Below are positions 40,569 through 51,232 of a stretch of DNA of 64,000 nt, piece by piece. The notes under the pieces are model-generated. The model was not told the DNA's origin. It searched no databases and saw only the letters and a program-made list of their open reading frames with translations. The DNA comes from Sedimentisphaerales bacterium (GTDB taxonomy: Bacteria > Planctomycetota > Phycisphaerae > Sedimentisphaerales > Anaerobacaceae), in NCBI GenBank assembly GCA_963708075.1, contig OY970194.1, forward strand, positions 2,272,001-2,336,000. The letters are read 5' to 3'. Each line of letters begins with the position of its first letter. Positions within the stretch are counted from its first letter, which is position 1. Both the position numbers and the translations under genes were made by a program.

Positions 40569-42356
40569 ATGGCCGATGAACACATCCTCGTGCACGTCAC
40601 CCATGAAGCCGCAGGCAAAATCGGCGGCATCGGCGCGGTCCTTCAAGGCTTTTTCACCTGCCCCGCTTACCTCGAAAACATTGGGCGTTCCATCCTGGTC
40701 AGCCCATTGTTCACGACGGATGGCTCGATCTCGGACCGGCTCGGCGAGGGCGGCGAGGTCCTCTACTCCTCCATCGACGGCCTGATCAACCCGGGCTACA
40801 GCCCCGCCTTCCGCAAAATCCAGAGCCTCTACAACGTCGGCATCGTCTACGGACGGCGGCCGTTCGTCGACGACCAGACCGGCACACGCAGTTCCCAGGA
40901 AATCGTCCTGATCGACGTGCGCTACATGGACATGGCCATGCTCAACGAGTTCAAACGCCGGCTCTTCGAGGAGTTTGGCGTGCGCAGCGACCTCTACGAG
41001 CACCTGTGGGAGTACGAGCAGTACGTGCGCCTGGCGCCGCCGGCGATGGCGGTGCTCAAGGCGCTCGGCGCCGCCGAGGGACACACGACGATCATCTCCC
41101 ACGAGTTCATGGGCATGCCGACCGTGCTGGCGGCCAAATTGGAGCCCTACTGCAACTTCCGCACCGTGTTCTACGCGCACGAAGTGGCCACGATGCGCCG
41201 GATCGTGGAGGAGCGGACAGGCCATGACACGATGTTTTACAACGTGATCCGCCAGGCCTACAAGGACAGACTGTACGTGGACGACGTCTTCGGCGACCAA
41301 AGCTCCTACTTCAAGCATTCGCTGGTCGAGGCCTCCAAGCACTGCGACCGCATCTACGCGGTGGGCGACCTGGTGGCGGATGAGATGCGTTTCCTCGCCC
41401 CGGACTTCGAGTCGCTGGACATCAACATTATCTACAACGGGGTCCCCGCGTACGAGATCAGCATCGACGAGAAGGGGCGGGCCCGTGAGAAGTTGCAGCG
41501 ATACTGTGAAAATCTGCTGGGGTACAAGCCGGACCACATCTTCACGCACGTCACGCGGCTGGTACGCAGCAAGGGGCTGTGGCGAGACCTGCGCGTCCTG
41601 TCCGAGATGGACAAGATGCTCGCCGCACAGCACCAGACGGCCGTATACCTGCTGCTATCCACCGAGGTCTCCAGGCGGCGAACCTGTGATGTTCATAACA
41701 TGGAAGCGACCTACGGGTGGCCCGTGGCGCACCGTGAAGGCTGGCCCGACCTGTCCGGCGGAGAAGCCGACTTCTACACCGCCATCCAGCATTTCAACGC
41801 CCGCAGCCACAACATCAAGGCTGTCTTCATCAACCAGTTCGGCTTTGACCCGAAGAGCTGCGGCCGGCGGATGCCTGGCGATATGGAGTTCATGGACATC
41901 CGCAAGGGCGCCGACGTGGAGTTCGGGCAGAGCATCTATGAGCCCTTCGGCATTGCCCAGTTTGAGCCGCTGACGTTCGGGGCGATTTGTGTCGCCAGCA
42001 ACGTCTGTGGATGCGCGGGTTTCCTCCGGGACGTTACAGCGGGTCAGCCGGTGAGGAATGTTATCCTCGCCGACTACACCCGGCTCGGGGATCAGCCGTA
42101 CGCCGATATCGAGGACCTCGTGCAGATCGAGAAGTCCGTCCGGGATCGGATCGAAGCGGTGGAGGCGGCACGGGTGGCGACCGAGATCATGGATCGCTTG
42201 CCGAAGAGCCATGCGCAGGCGGAGCAGATGATCCGGGAGGGTTATCGCCTGGCCCGCAGCATGAGCTGGGACGTGGTCGTCCGCAAGTACCTCCTCAACG
42301 ACCTCTCGCGGGTCTATGAAAGGCCGGTCGAATACCGCGACTATCTGCGAGCATAA
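40569..42356 (+). CDS. GT-B glycosyltransferase resembling GT3 glycogen synthase
   Basis: HEAAGKIGGI (KxGG), HEFMG, YEPFG.. Confidence 0.7.
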   Translation: MADEHILVHVTHEAAGKIGGIGAVLQGFFTCPAYLENIGRSILVSPLFTTDGSISDRLGEGGEVLYSSIDGLINPGYSPAFRKIQSLYNVGIVYGRRPFVDDQTGTRSSQEIVLIDVRYMDMAMLNEFKRRLFEEFGVRSDLYEHLWEYEQYVRLAPPAMAVLKALGAAEGHTTIISHEFMGMPTVLAAKLEPYCNFRTVFYAHEVATMRRIVEERTGHDTMFYNVIRQAYKDRLYVDDVFGDQSSYFKHSLVEASKHCDRIYAVGDLVADEMRFLAPDFESLDINIIYNGVPAYEISIDEKGRAREKLQRYCENLLGYKPDHIFTHVTRLVRSKGLWRDLRVLSEMDKMLAAQHQTAVYLLLSTEVSRRRTCDVHNMEATYGWPVAHREGWPDLSGGEADFYTAIQHFNARSHNIKAVFINQFGFDPKSCGRRMPGDMEFMDIRKGADVEFGQSIYEPFGIAQFEPLTFGAICVASNVCGCAGFLRDVTAGQPVRNVILADYTRLGDQPYADIEDLVQIEKSVRDRIEAVEAARVATEIMDRLPKSHAQAEQMIREGYRLARSMSWDVVVRKYLLNDLSRVYERPVEYRDYLRA

Positions 42357-42391
42357 CCGTCGCACACTGAACAAGGTGAGAGCGGTACGCG

Positions 42392-43591
42392 TTAGTGGCT
42401 GACCAGTTCCCCGAAGATGCCATAGCCCGAGCCGTCCTGGTTCTCGCTGTTCCAAGCCACGACGTACTTGTCGCCTGCCGAGGCCACGTCGGCATACCAC
42501 TGGCGATCCTCCACGAAGGTATTGATCTGGAATTCACCACCGATCAGCTCGCCATTTTTGTTGCACCGCTGCCCGTACACGCCCGAGCAACTGCCGTCCT
42601 GGTTCAGGCTGTCCCACGTGATGAGATATTCTCCGTGCCTGTCGCCTGCAATCCGGGGGTGTCCCTGGTTGCAGTCTCTACGGGTATTCACCATGTAGGG
42701 TTCCGTCACCGCAGTGCCCTCTGAATCGAAATGCTGGGCCACAATGTCGTGAGGGAAAGGCCCCATCGCCCAGGTGACAACGAACTCGCCGGAGTCATCG
42801 ACCGCCACGGACGGCCCATACCAGCGGCTGTTCAAGTCCCCTGTGAGCGGGACCGCCTTGCCGGCGGGCGTGCCGTTGGCTTCGTACCGGCGGAACATGA
42901 TATACTCGCCGTATGGCCGATTGTAGGTATCGCCCATCCGGATCCAGGCGACGACAAACCGCCCGTCCTCGTCCATACCGATGTCCGGCCAGTCCGCATT
43001 CGTGTTGTCACTGATGAGGAAGTCCCCGCTCGACGGCGTACCGTCGGCCCCGAAGACCCTGCCCATCACATTGCTCTTGCCGCTGTAGCAGCCCCCGGAC
43101 CAGTCCGTCCACGCAACGGCAAACCTGCCCGTGGAATCCATGGCGATGCACGGCATGGACTGGCCTGCTCGTGTGGTCGATTCATTGATCCGGAATTCAT
43201 CCGTAATCGCCCGGCCCTGGAGATCGAAAATCCTGCCCAGAAGGTCGCAGTTGCCATTGCCCACGGCCGCCCAGATGACCACGAAATCGCCGCCGGGGCT
43301 GATGGCCACGGCCGGGGTCCAGTTGTCCACATCCACCTGGGAAACATTCACGTTGAATTCCTGGCCCATCGGGGCGCCGTCGGCACCGAAGCAACGAGCG
43401 TACACCCCGCCGCCTCTGCCATCGCCGGGATGGCTGCGCCAGGCCACGACGAAATCACCTTCCTCGTTTATCGCCACGGCCGGATGGGTCTGGCAGTGTG
43501 AGGTGTGATTATTCACCTGAAACTCGGCCCGGCCAGGCCCGACCGATATCAAGAGAAGCACGACTAATGCGCAGAACTTCTCCCTGAACAT
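42392..43591 (-). CDS. Exported repeat protein (GxEFxVN repeats, putative beta-propeller)
   Basis: Signal peptide; repeated EF.VN / P.VA / G.FVV.W. Confidence 0.8.
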   Translation of the reverse strand: MFREKFCALVVLLLISVGPGRAEFQVNNHTSHCQTHPAVAINEEGDFVVAWRSHPGDGRGGGVYARCFGADGAPMGQEFNVNVSQVDVDNWTPAVAISPGGDFVVIWAAVGNGNCDLLGRIFDLQGRAITDEFRINESTTRAGQSMPCIAMDSTGRFAVAWTDWSGGCYSGKSNVMGRVFGADGTPSSGDFLISDNTNADWPDIGMDEDGRFVVAWIRMGDTYNRPYGEYIMFRRYEANGTPAGKAVPLTGDLNSRWYGPSVAVDDSGEFVVTWAMGPFPHDIVAQHFDSEGTAVTEPYMVNTRRDCNQGHPRIAGDRHGEYLITWDSLNQDGSCSGVYGQRCNKNGELIGGEFQINTFVEDRQWYADVASAGDKYVVAWNSENQDGSGYGIFGELVSH

Positions 43592-43941
43592 GGTTAAACT
43601 CCTACCCAGGTTCCTTCAAAATGGAATCTCGCCTTTCGTTACGCACGAGTTGTTCGCCAACCCGCTTGGCGCGTCTATTATTACGACGCACGGGTACCGC
43701 CTTTGTTACAGGAAAAATGCCAAAAAGGTGGAGAATTCATGGGGAATGGCTATGAAATGGCCCGTCCAGCAAGGGCAGAGCACTCGTGCCGACAAGCTCA
43801 CGAATCCCGCTCATGGCTGGCGGGTTTCTACCGTCGCGGTATAATGGTGCCTTTGAATTGATGACCAGGGCCGGCCCGCGGCATGGGGAGACAGCCAAGC
43901 CGGGATGGTCTCTGGGACGATATGGCACGGGAGCATACATC

Positions 43942-46065
43942 ATGCGAATACTTGTGGCGATAATGGCGATGGTTTCTGTCGGCTGGTCTGTTGGTGCCGC
44001 CAAATCCGAGCCCATCAAACTGCACCCGGAGAACCCGCATTATTTTCTCTGGCGGGACAAACCAACAATCCTGATCACTTCCACGGAGCACTACGGGGCC
44101 GTGCTGAACCGGGCCTTCGACTACAAACGGTATCTGGCGACCCTCCAGGCGGACGGCCTGAACCTGACGCGGACGTTCAGCGGCGCATACTGCGAGCCTG
44201 TCGGGGCGTTCACGATTGAGCGCAATACCCTGGCGCCCGCACAGAATAGTCTGCTCTGCCCCTGGGCACGCAGTGACACGCCAGGCTATGCCAACGGCGG
44301 CAACAAGTTCGACCTGACGAAATGGGACCCGCAGTACTTCCAGCGGCTGACCGACTTCGTGGCCGAGGCGGACAGACACGGAATCGTCGTCGAGATGGTC
44401 CTGTTCTGTCCTTTCTATGAGGACAGCATGTGGCAACTGAGCCCGATGAACGCGGCGAACAACGTCAATGGGATCGGCCAGCTCGTGCGAACGGATGTCT
44501 ACACGCTCAAGGACAAGGCCCTGCTCGCCGTGCAAGATGCGATGGTGCAACGGGTCGTCGAGGCGTTGAAGGACTTCGACAATTTCTACTACGAAATCTG
44601 CAACGAGCCGTACTTTGGAGGCGTCACCGAGGAGTGGCAGGCTCATATCGCCGAGACAATTGTGAAGACCGAGTCGGGATTCGCGCACAAGCACCTGATC
44701 GCCCAGAACATCGCCAACGGCTCGCAGGAAATCAAGAACGCGAACCCGCACGTCTCCATCTTCAATTTCCACTACGCCAAGCCGCCGGTCGCCGTCATGC
44801 AGAACTACCCTCTGAACAGGGTGATCGGCGATGACGAGACGGGCTTTGCCGGCGACGACCGCGTCAAGCCGTATCGCACAGAAGGCTGGGATTTCATCAT
44901 CGGCGGCGGCGCCGTCTATGACAATCTCGATTACTCCTTCACGGTCGGCCACGAGGATGGGACCGCGGACATCAACGCCCCGGGCGGTAGCGGGCCCGAG
45001 TTGCGAAAGCAACTGCAGATCCTCGCGAAGTTCATTCAAGGCTTCGATTTCCTGCGGATGCGCCCCGACAACTCCGTGATCAAGGACGACTTGCCCAAGG
45101 GCGTCACCGTGCGGGCGCTGGTTGAACCGGGACAGGCGTACGCCATCTACGTGAACGGAAGCGGTCTGACAGCTCTCCCCATCGCCGTGCCTGCCGGGCG
45201 GTACAAGGCCGAATGGTTGAACACAAAGACCGGGGACGTCGAGAAAACCGAGTCCTTCACGAGCGATCGCAGCACGCAGACACTGCAGATTCCAAACTAC
45301 ACGGACGATATCGCCCTTCGGATCGTCGCCGAGAAAAGAGAGCGAGCGGGTCTGATATTCAGCAGCGATTTCGAGGACGGCAGGTTGAAAGGCTGGCGAC
45401 CCGCGGGCAACTCGCCCACTGTCACGCGCGATGTTGCCCGCCGGGGCCGATATGCCTTGAAGACCTCTCTGGACAGGCGCAAAGATGCCGTTTCGTATCG
45501 AACCGAGGTCACCGGGCCCGAGGCCGATATCGGCAAGGAGTACTGGTATGGTTTCAGTATCTTCCTGCCGGACGACTATGTGCCCGACAAGATCTGGGAA
45601 ATCGTCGCACAGTGGAATTGCATCCCGGATTACGACGTAGGCGAGAAGTGGCGCAATCCCGTGCTGGCTCTGTTCACCACCGGCGGGCGATGGAGCTGGG
45701 TCACGCGCTGGGACGCCAAACGAAACACCTTCGCCAGCGGCAAGCGCGAGTACGGCGGTGAGCGAGAATACGACCTCGGCCCCTACCAGAGAAACTGCTG
45801 GACTGACTGGGTCGTGCACGTGAAATGGTCGTATCAATCGGACGGCATCCTGCAGGTGTGGAAGAACGGCGAGAAGCTGGTCGATCAGAACGGTCCGAAC
45901 GCCTTCAACGACGCCCACGGCCCAATCTTCAAAATGGGCCTGTACAAAGGCTGGCACAAGCCCCCGACACAACCCGACACCGTCAGTCGCCGAGTCCTCT
46001 ACCACGACGAATTCCGCATGGCCGGCGCCGGCGCCACCTACCAGGACGTCGCCCCAGGATCGTAG
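43942..46065 (+). CDS. Exported glycoside hydrolase-like TIM barrel fused to a polysaccharide-lyase-like domain
   Basis: HPENPHYF, EICNEP, DETG; C-terminal EYWYGFSIFLP, QW, FKMGLYK. Confidence 0.75.
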   Translation: MRILVAIMAMVSVGWSVGAAKSEPIKLHPENPHYFLWRDKPTILITSTEHYGAVLNRAFDYKRYLATLQADGLNLTRTFSGAYCEPVGAFTIERNTLAPAQNSLLCPWARSDTPGYANGGNKFDLTKWDPQYFQRLTDFVAEADRHGIVVEMVLFCPFYEDSMWQLSPMNAANNVNGIGQLVRTDVYTLKDKALLAVQDAMVQRVVEALKDFDNFYYEICNEPYFGGVTEEWQAHIAETIVKTESGFAHKHLIAQNIANGSQEIKNANPHVSIFNFHYAKPPVAVMQNYPLNRVIGDDETGFAGDDRVKPYRTEGWDFIIGGGAVYDNLDYSFTVGHEDGTADINAPGGSGPELRKQLQILAKFIQGFDFLRMRPDNSVIKDDLPKGVTVRALVEPGQAYAIYVNGSGLTALPIAVPAGRYKAEWLNTKTGDVEKTESFTSDRSTQTLQIPNYTDDIALRIVAEKRERAGLIFSSDFEDGRLKGWRPAGNSPTVTRDVARRGRYALKTSLDRRKDAVSYRTEVTGPEADIGKEYWYGFSIFLPDDYVPDKIWEIVAQWNCIPDYDVGEKWRNPVLALFTTGGRWSWVTRWDAKRNTFASGKREYGGEREYDLGPYQRNCWTDWVVHVKWSYQSDGILQVWKNGEKLVDQNGPNAFNDAHGPIFKMGLYKGWHKPPTQPDTVSRRVLYHDEFRMAGAGATYQDVAPGS

Positions 46066-46216
46066 GAGCCTGCGAGCACGATCCCTCGCCTTTGAGCCGG
46101 CTGCATTGACAAAGGTGACGGTTCCTGATACCTTTGGGGTTAGAACCGGTTAGCGCTGAGACAACGATGACGCGGGCTGTTCGGGCAAGGCTCGCCATGG
46201 AGTGGAATCATTGACG

Positions 46217-47275
46217 ATGCAGACAGAAGGCGACATTCTGGCGTTGTTGGAGGCGAAGGGAGCGCAGGTGGCGAAGGAAACACAGCGGGCCGTCATCCTC
46301 CAGCCCGGAGCGCTGGGCGATTGCATCCTGACGTTGCCGCTGGTCAAGATTCTGAAGGAGGGGTTGAATCTCGGCGGAGTCGATATTATCGGCCACACGG
46401 AGTACATCGGGATCTTCCCCGGCCGCACTTGTGCAGATGGTGTCCGCTCCATCGACTCGACGGAGCTGCACCGGATGTTCATCGAGCCGGCCAAGTTCGA
46501 CCTGGCCGACTGGGATCCGCTGATCAACACGTTTGCCGCCTACTCCTGGATCGTGACGTTCCTGGGCGAGCCGGGCAGCGATTTCGAGCAGAACCTGATC
46601 TTCACCGCCAATTGCAGCCACAGCGCGGAAATCGTCACGCTGTCCATGAAACCATCTGAGGACGGTAAGGTTCACATCGCGGAATCCTACGTGCAGCAGT
46701 TGGCGGGGCAAAGCGGCCTGCCCCCCGAGCAGGCGAAAGTGCCCATGGACAAAGTCCTGATCCGCGTCACTGAGGCCGATCGCGATACCGGCGTCGAATT
46801 ACTCGACCAGGTGGAGATCGATCTGTCCAAGAAACTGGTCGTCATCCATCCGGGCAGCGGAGGGCAACGCAAATGCTGGCACCTGGAGAACTTCATCGGC
46901 GTGGCGCAGGGTCTTCGCACGGCGGGGTTTGAGGTCCTGTTCCTGCTCGGCCCGGCGGAGATGGAGAGATTGCGCCCGGCCGAAGAGGCAAAGCTCTACG
47001 GCACCGCCCGATGCGTGGGCCACCTGTCGCTGGCCCAGGTTGTCGGGCTCCTCAGTTGCGCAGATGCCTTCATCGGCAACGACAGCGGAGTCAGCCATCT
47101 TGCCGCGGGAGTAGGCTTGAGGACCTATGCCCTGTTTGGCCCCACCGACCCGGCCCTGTACAGGCCCGTGGGCCCGGCGGTAACGGTATTCCAGGATGCG
47201 CAGGAGTCGTTTGCCGAGAAACCCTCGCCCGACCTCCAGAAGCAAGTCCTCGACACCGTAGCGGCCATCGCATGA
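46217..47275 (+). CDS. Glycosyltransferase family 9 (heptosyltransferase-like)
   Basis: GALGD, HPGSG, GNDSG..HLA, LFGPT. Confidence 0.88.
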   Translation: MQTEGDILALLEAKGAQVAKETQRAVILQPGALGDCILTLPLVKILKEGLNLGGVDIIGHTEYIGIFPGRTCADGVRSIDSTELHRMFIEPAKFDLADWDPLINTFAAYSWIVTFLGEPGSDFEQNLIFTANCSHSAEIVTLSMKPSEDGKVHIAESYVQQLAGQSGLPPEQAKVPMDKVLIRVTEADRDTGVELLDQVEIDLSKKLVVIHPGSGGQRKCWHLENFIGVAQGLRTAGFEVLFLLGPAEMERLRPAEEAKLYGTARCVGHLSLAQVVGLLSCADAFIGNDSGVSHLAAGVGLRTYALFGPTDPALYRPVGPAVTVFQDAQESFAEKPSPDLQKQVLDTVAAIA

Positions 47276-47331
47276 GGCCGTTTGCATATGATCAGGGCGA
47301 ATGCAAAGTCGTTGGATTGCAGTGCCCTGGA

Positions 47332-47409
47332 TGTCATTGCGAGCGGAGCGAAGCAGTCTCCCATGCCGGGAGTTGAGATTGCTTCGTCGCTGCGCTCCTC
47401 GCAATGACA
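47332..47409. repeat. REP doublet palindrome
   Basis: TGTCATTGCGAG...GAGATTGCTTCG...CTCGCAATGACA. Confidence 0.7.
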
Positions 47410-47541
47410 TAAATGTGATTTGCCGAGCGACCTTGCGTTTACCCTGTGTGTATGAGCCGGGTGGGTTGACCCCATCACCGCTCCGGATAGAATTACCCCT
47501 TTGGCATTGTTGGACACTTGATGAACCGGGAAAGCACTGTC

Positions 47542-48609
47542 ATGCAGGAACGAACGCTTGGCGAGTTAGCCGAGTATGTGGGCGGTCAGGTCCGCGGCGA
47601 CCCAAAGATCGTGATCCGGGCGGCGGCCACGCTGGGATGCGCCCGCGAAGGGGAAATCAGCTTCCTCACGAACCGCAAATATGAGCGGCAGCTTCTGACC
47701 ACCAAGGCCAGCGCGGTAATCATGGCCCGGGCCGTGGATGCGCCGGTCGCGCTGCTCATTGCCGAAGACCCCTACTACGCCTTCACGCAAGTCATGGTGC
47801 TCCTGCACGGCCACCGCAGGCACAAGGAGACGGGCATCAGTCCGCAGGCATTCATCTCCGACACCGCCGTGCTCGGCGAGGGCTGCCACGTGCACCAGTT
47901 CGCCACAATCTCCGACAACGTCCAGATCGGGCAGCGATGCATTATCTATCCGTGCGCCTGCATCGGCGAAGGCGTGACCATCGGCAACGACTGCATCATC
48001 TACCCGAGCGTGGCCATCTACGAGCGATGCAGGATCGGTCATCGCGTCATCATCAACGCCGGTTCTGCGATTGGCACGGATGGCTTCGGCTACGCCACGC
48101 ATGAAGGCGTGCACTACAAGATCCCTCAGATTGGCGGCGTCGTGATCGAGGATGACGTGGAGATCGGGAGCTGCTGCGGCATCGAACGAGGGACGCTCGA
48201 CGACACAGTCATCGGACAGGGCAGCAAGCTCGGCGATCTGGTGACAATAGGACACGGCACGAAGATCGGCCCCCACTGTCTGCTCGTCGCCCAGGTGGGC
48301 ATTGCCGGCTCGGCCACGCTCGGCCATCACTGCGTCGTCGGCGGCCAGGCCGGCGTCGTCGGCCATATCACCATCGGCAATAATGTGACAATCGGCGGCC
48401 GGGCGGGAGTGATCAACAGCGTTCCTGACGGCCAGACGGTGCTGGGGGCTCCCGCCATCGAGGCCGACGAGGCCCGGCGGGCATATGCGATGCTCCCCTA
48501 CCTGCCTCAGATGCGACAGGACATCCGCGAGCTTCAGAAGCGGCTGCGCAAGATTCCTGGCTTGACTGAGCCCGGCTCTGACGATTCGAAGGACAAGGCG
48601 CGGGGATGA
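47542..48609 (+). CDS. lpxD: UDP-3-O-acylglucosamine N-acyltransferase
   Basis: Hexapeptide repeats, DGFGY, KIPQIG, IGH, QVGIAGS. Confidence 0.94.
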   Translation: MQERTLGELAEYVGGQVRGDPKIVIRAAATLGCAREGEISFLTNRKYERQLLTTKASAVIMARAVDAPVALLIAEDPYYAFTQVMVLLHGHRRHKETGISPQAFISDTAVLGEGCHVHQFATISDNVQIGQRCIIYPCACIGEGVTIGNDCIIYPSVAIYERCRIGHRVIINAGSAIGTDGFGYATHEGVHYKIPQIGGVVIEDDVEIGSCCGIERGTLDDTVIGQGSKLGDLVTIGHGTKIGPHCLLVAQVGIAGSATLGHHCVVGGQAGVVGHITIGNNVTIGGRAGVINSVPDGQTVLGAPAIEADEARRAYAMLPYLPQMRQDIRELQKRLRKIPGLTEPGSDDSKDKARG

Positions 48610-49457
48610 TGGGTCATGCGATGAGTGAATCGAACGCAGTAGGACTGATCGCCGGCGGCGGGCGGCTGCCCTCGATGGTGGCCGCGGGCGCCAGAAAGGC
48701 GGGATGCAGAGTAATCTGCGTCGGGCTGGCGGGTTATGTCGAGCCTGCCCTGGCGGGCGAGGTGGACGTATTCTATGAAGCCGCCGTGGCCCGTCCTGGA
48801 AGCTGGATACGCAAGCTCCGCAAGCACGGTGTGACCCGCGCGATCATGGTCGGACGCGTGACGAAATCGCACCTGTTTACACCGTGGCGAATTCTGCAAT
48901 ACCTGCCCGACTGGCGCGCCTTTCGGATCTACTACTGGCGTCTTCGCGGCAGGGACAAACTCACCGATACCCTTCTATCAGCCCTGGCGGACGAGTTGGC
49001 CAGCGGCGACATTACCCTGGAGAACTCTATTATGTACTGCCGGGAGCACCTTGCTGATGCGGGAGTGATGACCGCACGAAAGCCAACGTCGCGGGTGGAA
49101 GAGGATGTGGCGTTCGGATGGCCCCTGGCGAAGAAGCTGGGCGAGTTCGATATCGGGCAGGCGATCGCGGTGCGGGAGCGCGAGGTGATCGCGGTGGAGG
49201 CGATCGAGGGCACGGCGGAGATGATCAAGCGGGCCGGCCGATACTGCAAGGCGGGCGGCTGGACACTCATTAAGACCGCCAAGCCGCAACAGGACATGCG
49301 ATTCGACGTGCCCTGCGTCGGGCCGGAAACCATCCGCGACCTGGCGGAAAACGGCGGCACATGCCTGGTCATCGAGGCACGCAAAACGATCATCATCGAT
49401 AAGCCCAAGACCCTGGAACTTGCCGATGAGTTGGGAATATGCATCCTCGGACGCTGA
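48606..49457 (+). CDS. lpxI: UDP-2,3-diacylglucosamine pyrophosphatase
   Basis: GLIAGGGRLP, DIGQ, AVEAIEGT, KPQQDMRFDVP. Confidence 0.92.
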   Translation: MMGHAMSESNAVGLIAGGGRLPSMVAAGARKAGCRVICVGLAGYVEPALAGEVDVFYEAAVARPGSWIRKLRKHGVTRAIMVGRVTKSHLFTPWRILQYLPDWRAFRIYYWRLRGRDKLTDTLLSALADELASGDITLENSIMYCREHLADAGVMTARKPTSRVEEDVAFGWPLAKKLGEFDIGQAIAVREREVIAVEAIEGTAEMIKRAGRYCKAGGWTLIKTAKPQQDMRFDVPCVGPETIRDLAENGGTCLVIEARKTIIIDKPKTLELADELGICILGR

Positions 49458-49467
49458 TCGAAAGTGT

Positions 49468-49497
49468 TTGACAGCACCTTTCGGAAACTGCTATAGT
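49468..49497 (+). promoter_or_regulatory. sigma70 promoter of the tRNA gene
   Basis: TTGACA-N18-TATAGT. Confidence 0.65.
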
Positions 49498-49517
49498 AGA
49501 GCGAATTATCGACGTTC

Positions 49518-49590
49518 GGGAGTGTAGCTCAGTAGGCAGAGCAACGCACTTTTAATGCGTAGGTCCTGGGTTCGAATCCCAGCACTCTCA
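49518..49590 (+). tRNA. tRNA-Lys(UUU), CCA not encoded
   Basis: GGGAGTG/CACTCTC acceptor stem, TAGCTCAG D-arm, ACGCA-CTTTTAA-TGCGT anticodon arm, GGTTCGAATCC T-arm. Confidence 0.95.
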
Positions 49591-49750
49591 GTCTGTAAGC
49601 TGTGCAATGGGCGAGACTTACGCGCAACCATCGCTATCTCATGAGACAGAAAGACTGGCCTTGAGCGGGCTACATGTGTATACTGTCCGGGCTGGTAGGC
49701 ACCGATAGGGTGGTTTCGTCGCACAAGACAGGCATGAAGAAGGGGCCGAT

Positions 49751-51118
49751 ATGAAAGTCGCGAAGTTCGGTGGGACCTCTCTGGCCGACGCCAGGCAGAT
49801 CCTGAAGGTTGTCAACATCGTCAAGTCGGACAGTGCCCGGCGGATCGTAGTCGTTTCCGCCCCGGGCAAGCGCAACCCGACCGATATCAAGGTCACGGAC
49901 CTGCTCATCGCGCTGGCCAGAGCGGTGCTGGCCGGCAACCCCTTCGAGAATGAACTGGCGGCAGTGACGCAGCGATACGCGGAGATTCAGCAGGAGTTGG
50001 GTGTGGATGCGAGCATCGTCAAGGAGATCGAGGACGACCTTCGCTGTCGCATTCGCGGCCGGGGAGACCATGAGGCACAGTTCATCGACACGATAAAGGC
50101 TGCCGGCGAGGACAACTGCGCCAAGCTCGTTGCCCGCGTCTTCGTCCAGCAGGGTATCCCGGCTCGGTACGTGGACCCGCGCGACGCAGGCATGCTTCTC
50201 AGCGAGGATTTCGGGAACGCCCAAGTGCTGCCCGAGTCCTACTCGCGCCTGGCGACGCTGAAGGACGCGAAAGACCTGGTCATCTTCCCCGGGTTTTTCG
50301 GATATACCACGAAGGGCCAGGTGGTAACGTTCCCCCGCGGCGGGTCCGACATCACCGGGTCCATCCTGGCGGCGGCGGTTCGGGCGGAGGTGTATGAGAA
50401 CTTCACGGATGTCGATTCCGTGTTCGCCATCGACCCTCGCATCATACCGGACGGCCGGCCCATCCCCGTGCTGACCTACCGTGAGATGCGCGAGTTGGCC
50501 TACGCCGGATTTGGCGTCTTCCACGACGAGGCCGTCGTGCCCGCGATCCAGGCCAAGGTCCCCATCTGCATCAAGAACACGAATCGGCCGGAGGCGCCCG
50601 GCACAATGATCGTGCCCGAGCGAAAATATCAACACGGCGAGGTGGTCGGCATCGCCAGCGCCAGCGGATTCAGCACGATCTACCTGAGCAAGTACATGAT
50701 GAACCGCGAGGTGGGATTCGGCCGGCATCTGCTCCACATTCTCGAAGAGGAACAGCTCTCCTTCGAGCATGTCCCCTCCGGAATCGACAGTATGTCGGTC
50801 ATTCTCCGCAGCGCGCCGTTGACCAAGCATAAGGAGCAGCACGTCCTGAGACGGATCAAAGAGGAACTGCAGCCGGACGACGTGACCATCGAGCATGGCC
50901 TGGCATTGATCATGGTCGTGGGAGAGGGTATGCGGTATGCGGTCGGCGTAGCCTCCACGGCCTGTGCCGCCCTGGCGGAAAAGGGCGTGAATATTGAGAT
51001 GATCAACCAGGGCTCGTCCGAGATCAGCATCATGTTCGGCGTGAAAGAGACGGACCGCAAAGCCGCCGTCCAAGCCCTGGGCCGGGTCCTCATCCCTCAT
51101 CAGGAACCTGCCAAATAA
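49751..51118 (+). CDS. lysC: Aspartate kinase
   Basis: KFGGTSLA, VVVSAPGK, RGGSD, ACT domains. Confidence 0.9.
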   Translation: MKVAKFGGTSLADARQILKVVNIVKSDSARRIVVVSAPGKRNPTDIKVTDLLIALARAVLAGNPFENELAAVTQRYAEIQQELGVDASIVKEIEDDLRCRIRGRGDHEAQFIDTIKAAGEDNCAKLVARVFVQQGIPARYVDPRDAGMLLSEDFGNAQVLPESYSRLATLKDAKDLVIFPGFFGYTTKGQVVTFPRGGSDITGSILAAAVRAEVYENFTDVDSVFAIDPRIIPDGRPIPVLTYREMRELAYAGFGVFHDEAVVPAIQAKVPICIKNTNRPEAPGTMIVPERKYQHGEVVGIASASGFSTIYLSKYMMNREVGFGRHLLHILEEEQLSFEHVPSGIDSMSVILRSAPLTKHKEQHVLRRIKEELQPDDVTIEHGLALIMVVGEGMRYAVGVASTACAALAEKGVNIEMINQGSSEISIMFGVKETDRKAAVQALGRVLIPHQEPAK

Positions 51119-51232
51119 CCTGACTCGGAGCAGACGGTCCAGCCCATTCTGAAACCTGATTGAGACGTATGCAATACTCCCCGCGGGTGGCACCGCCAAA
51201 CGCGTTGGGTTCGTCCCAAGTTGTTGAGTCTT

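Noticed and set aside
49591..49750. Lysine riboswitch or prophage att site at tRNA-Lys
   Set aside because: No recognisable L-box motifs, no integrase, and no duplicated tRNA 3' end in the window.
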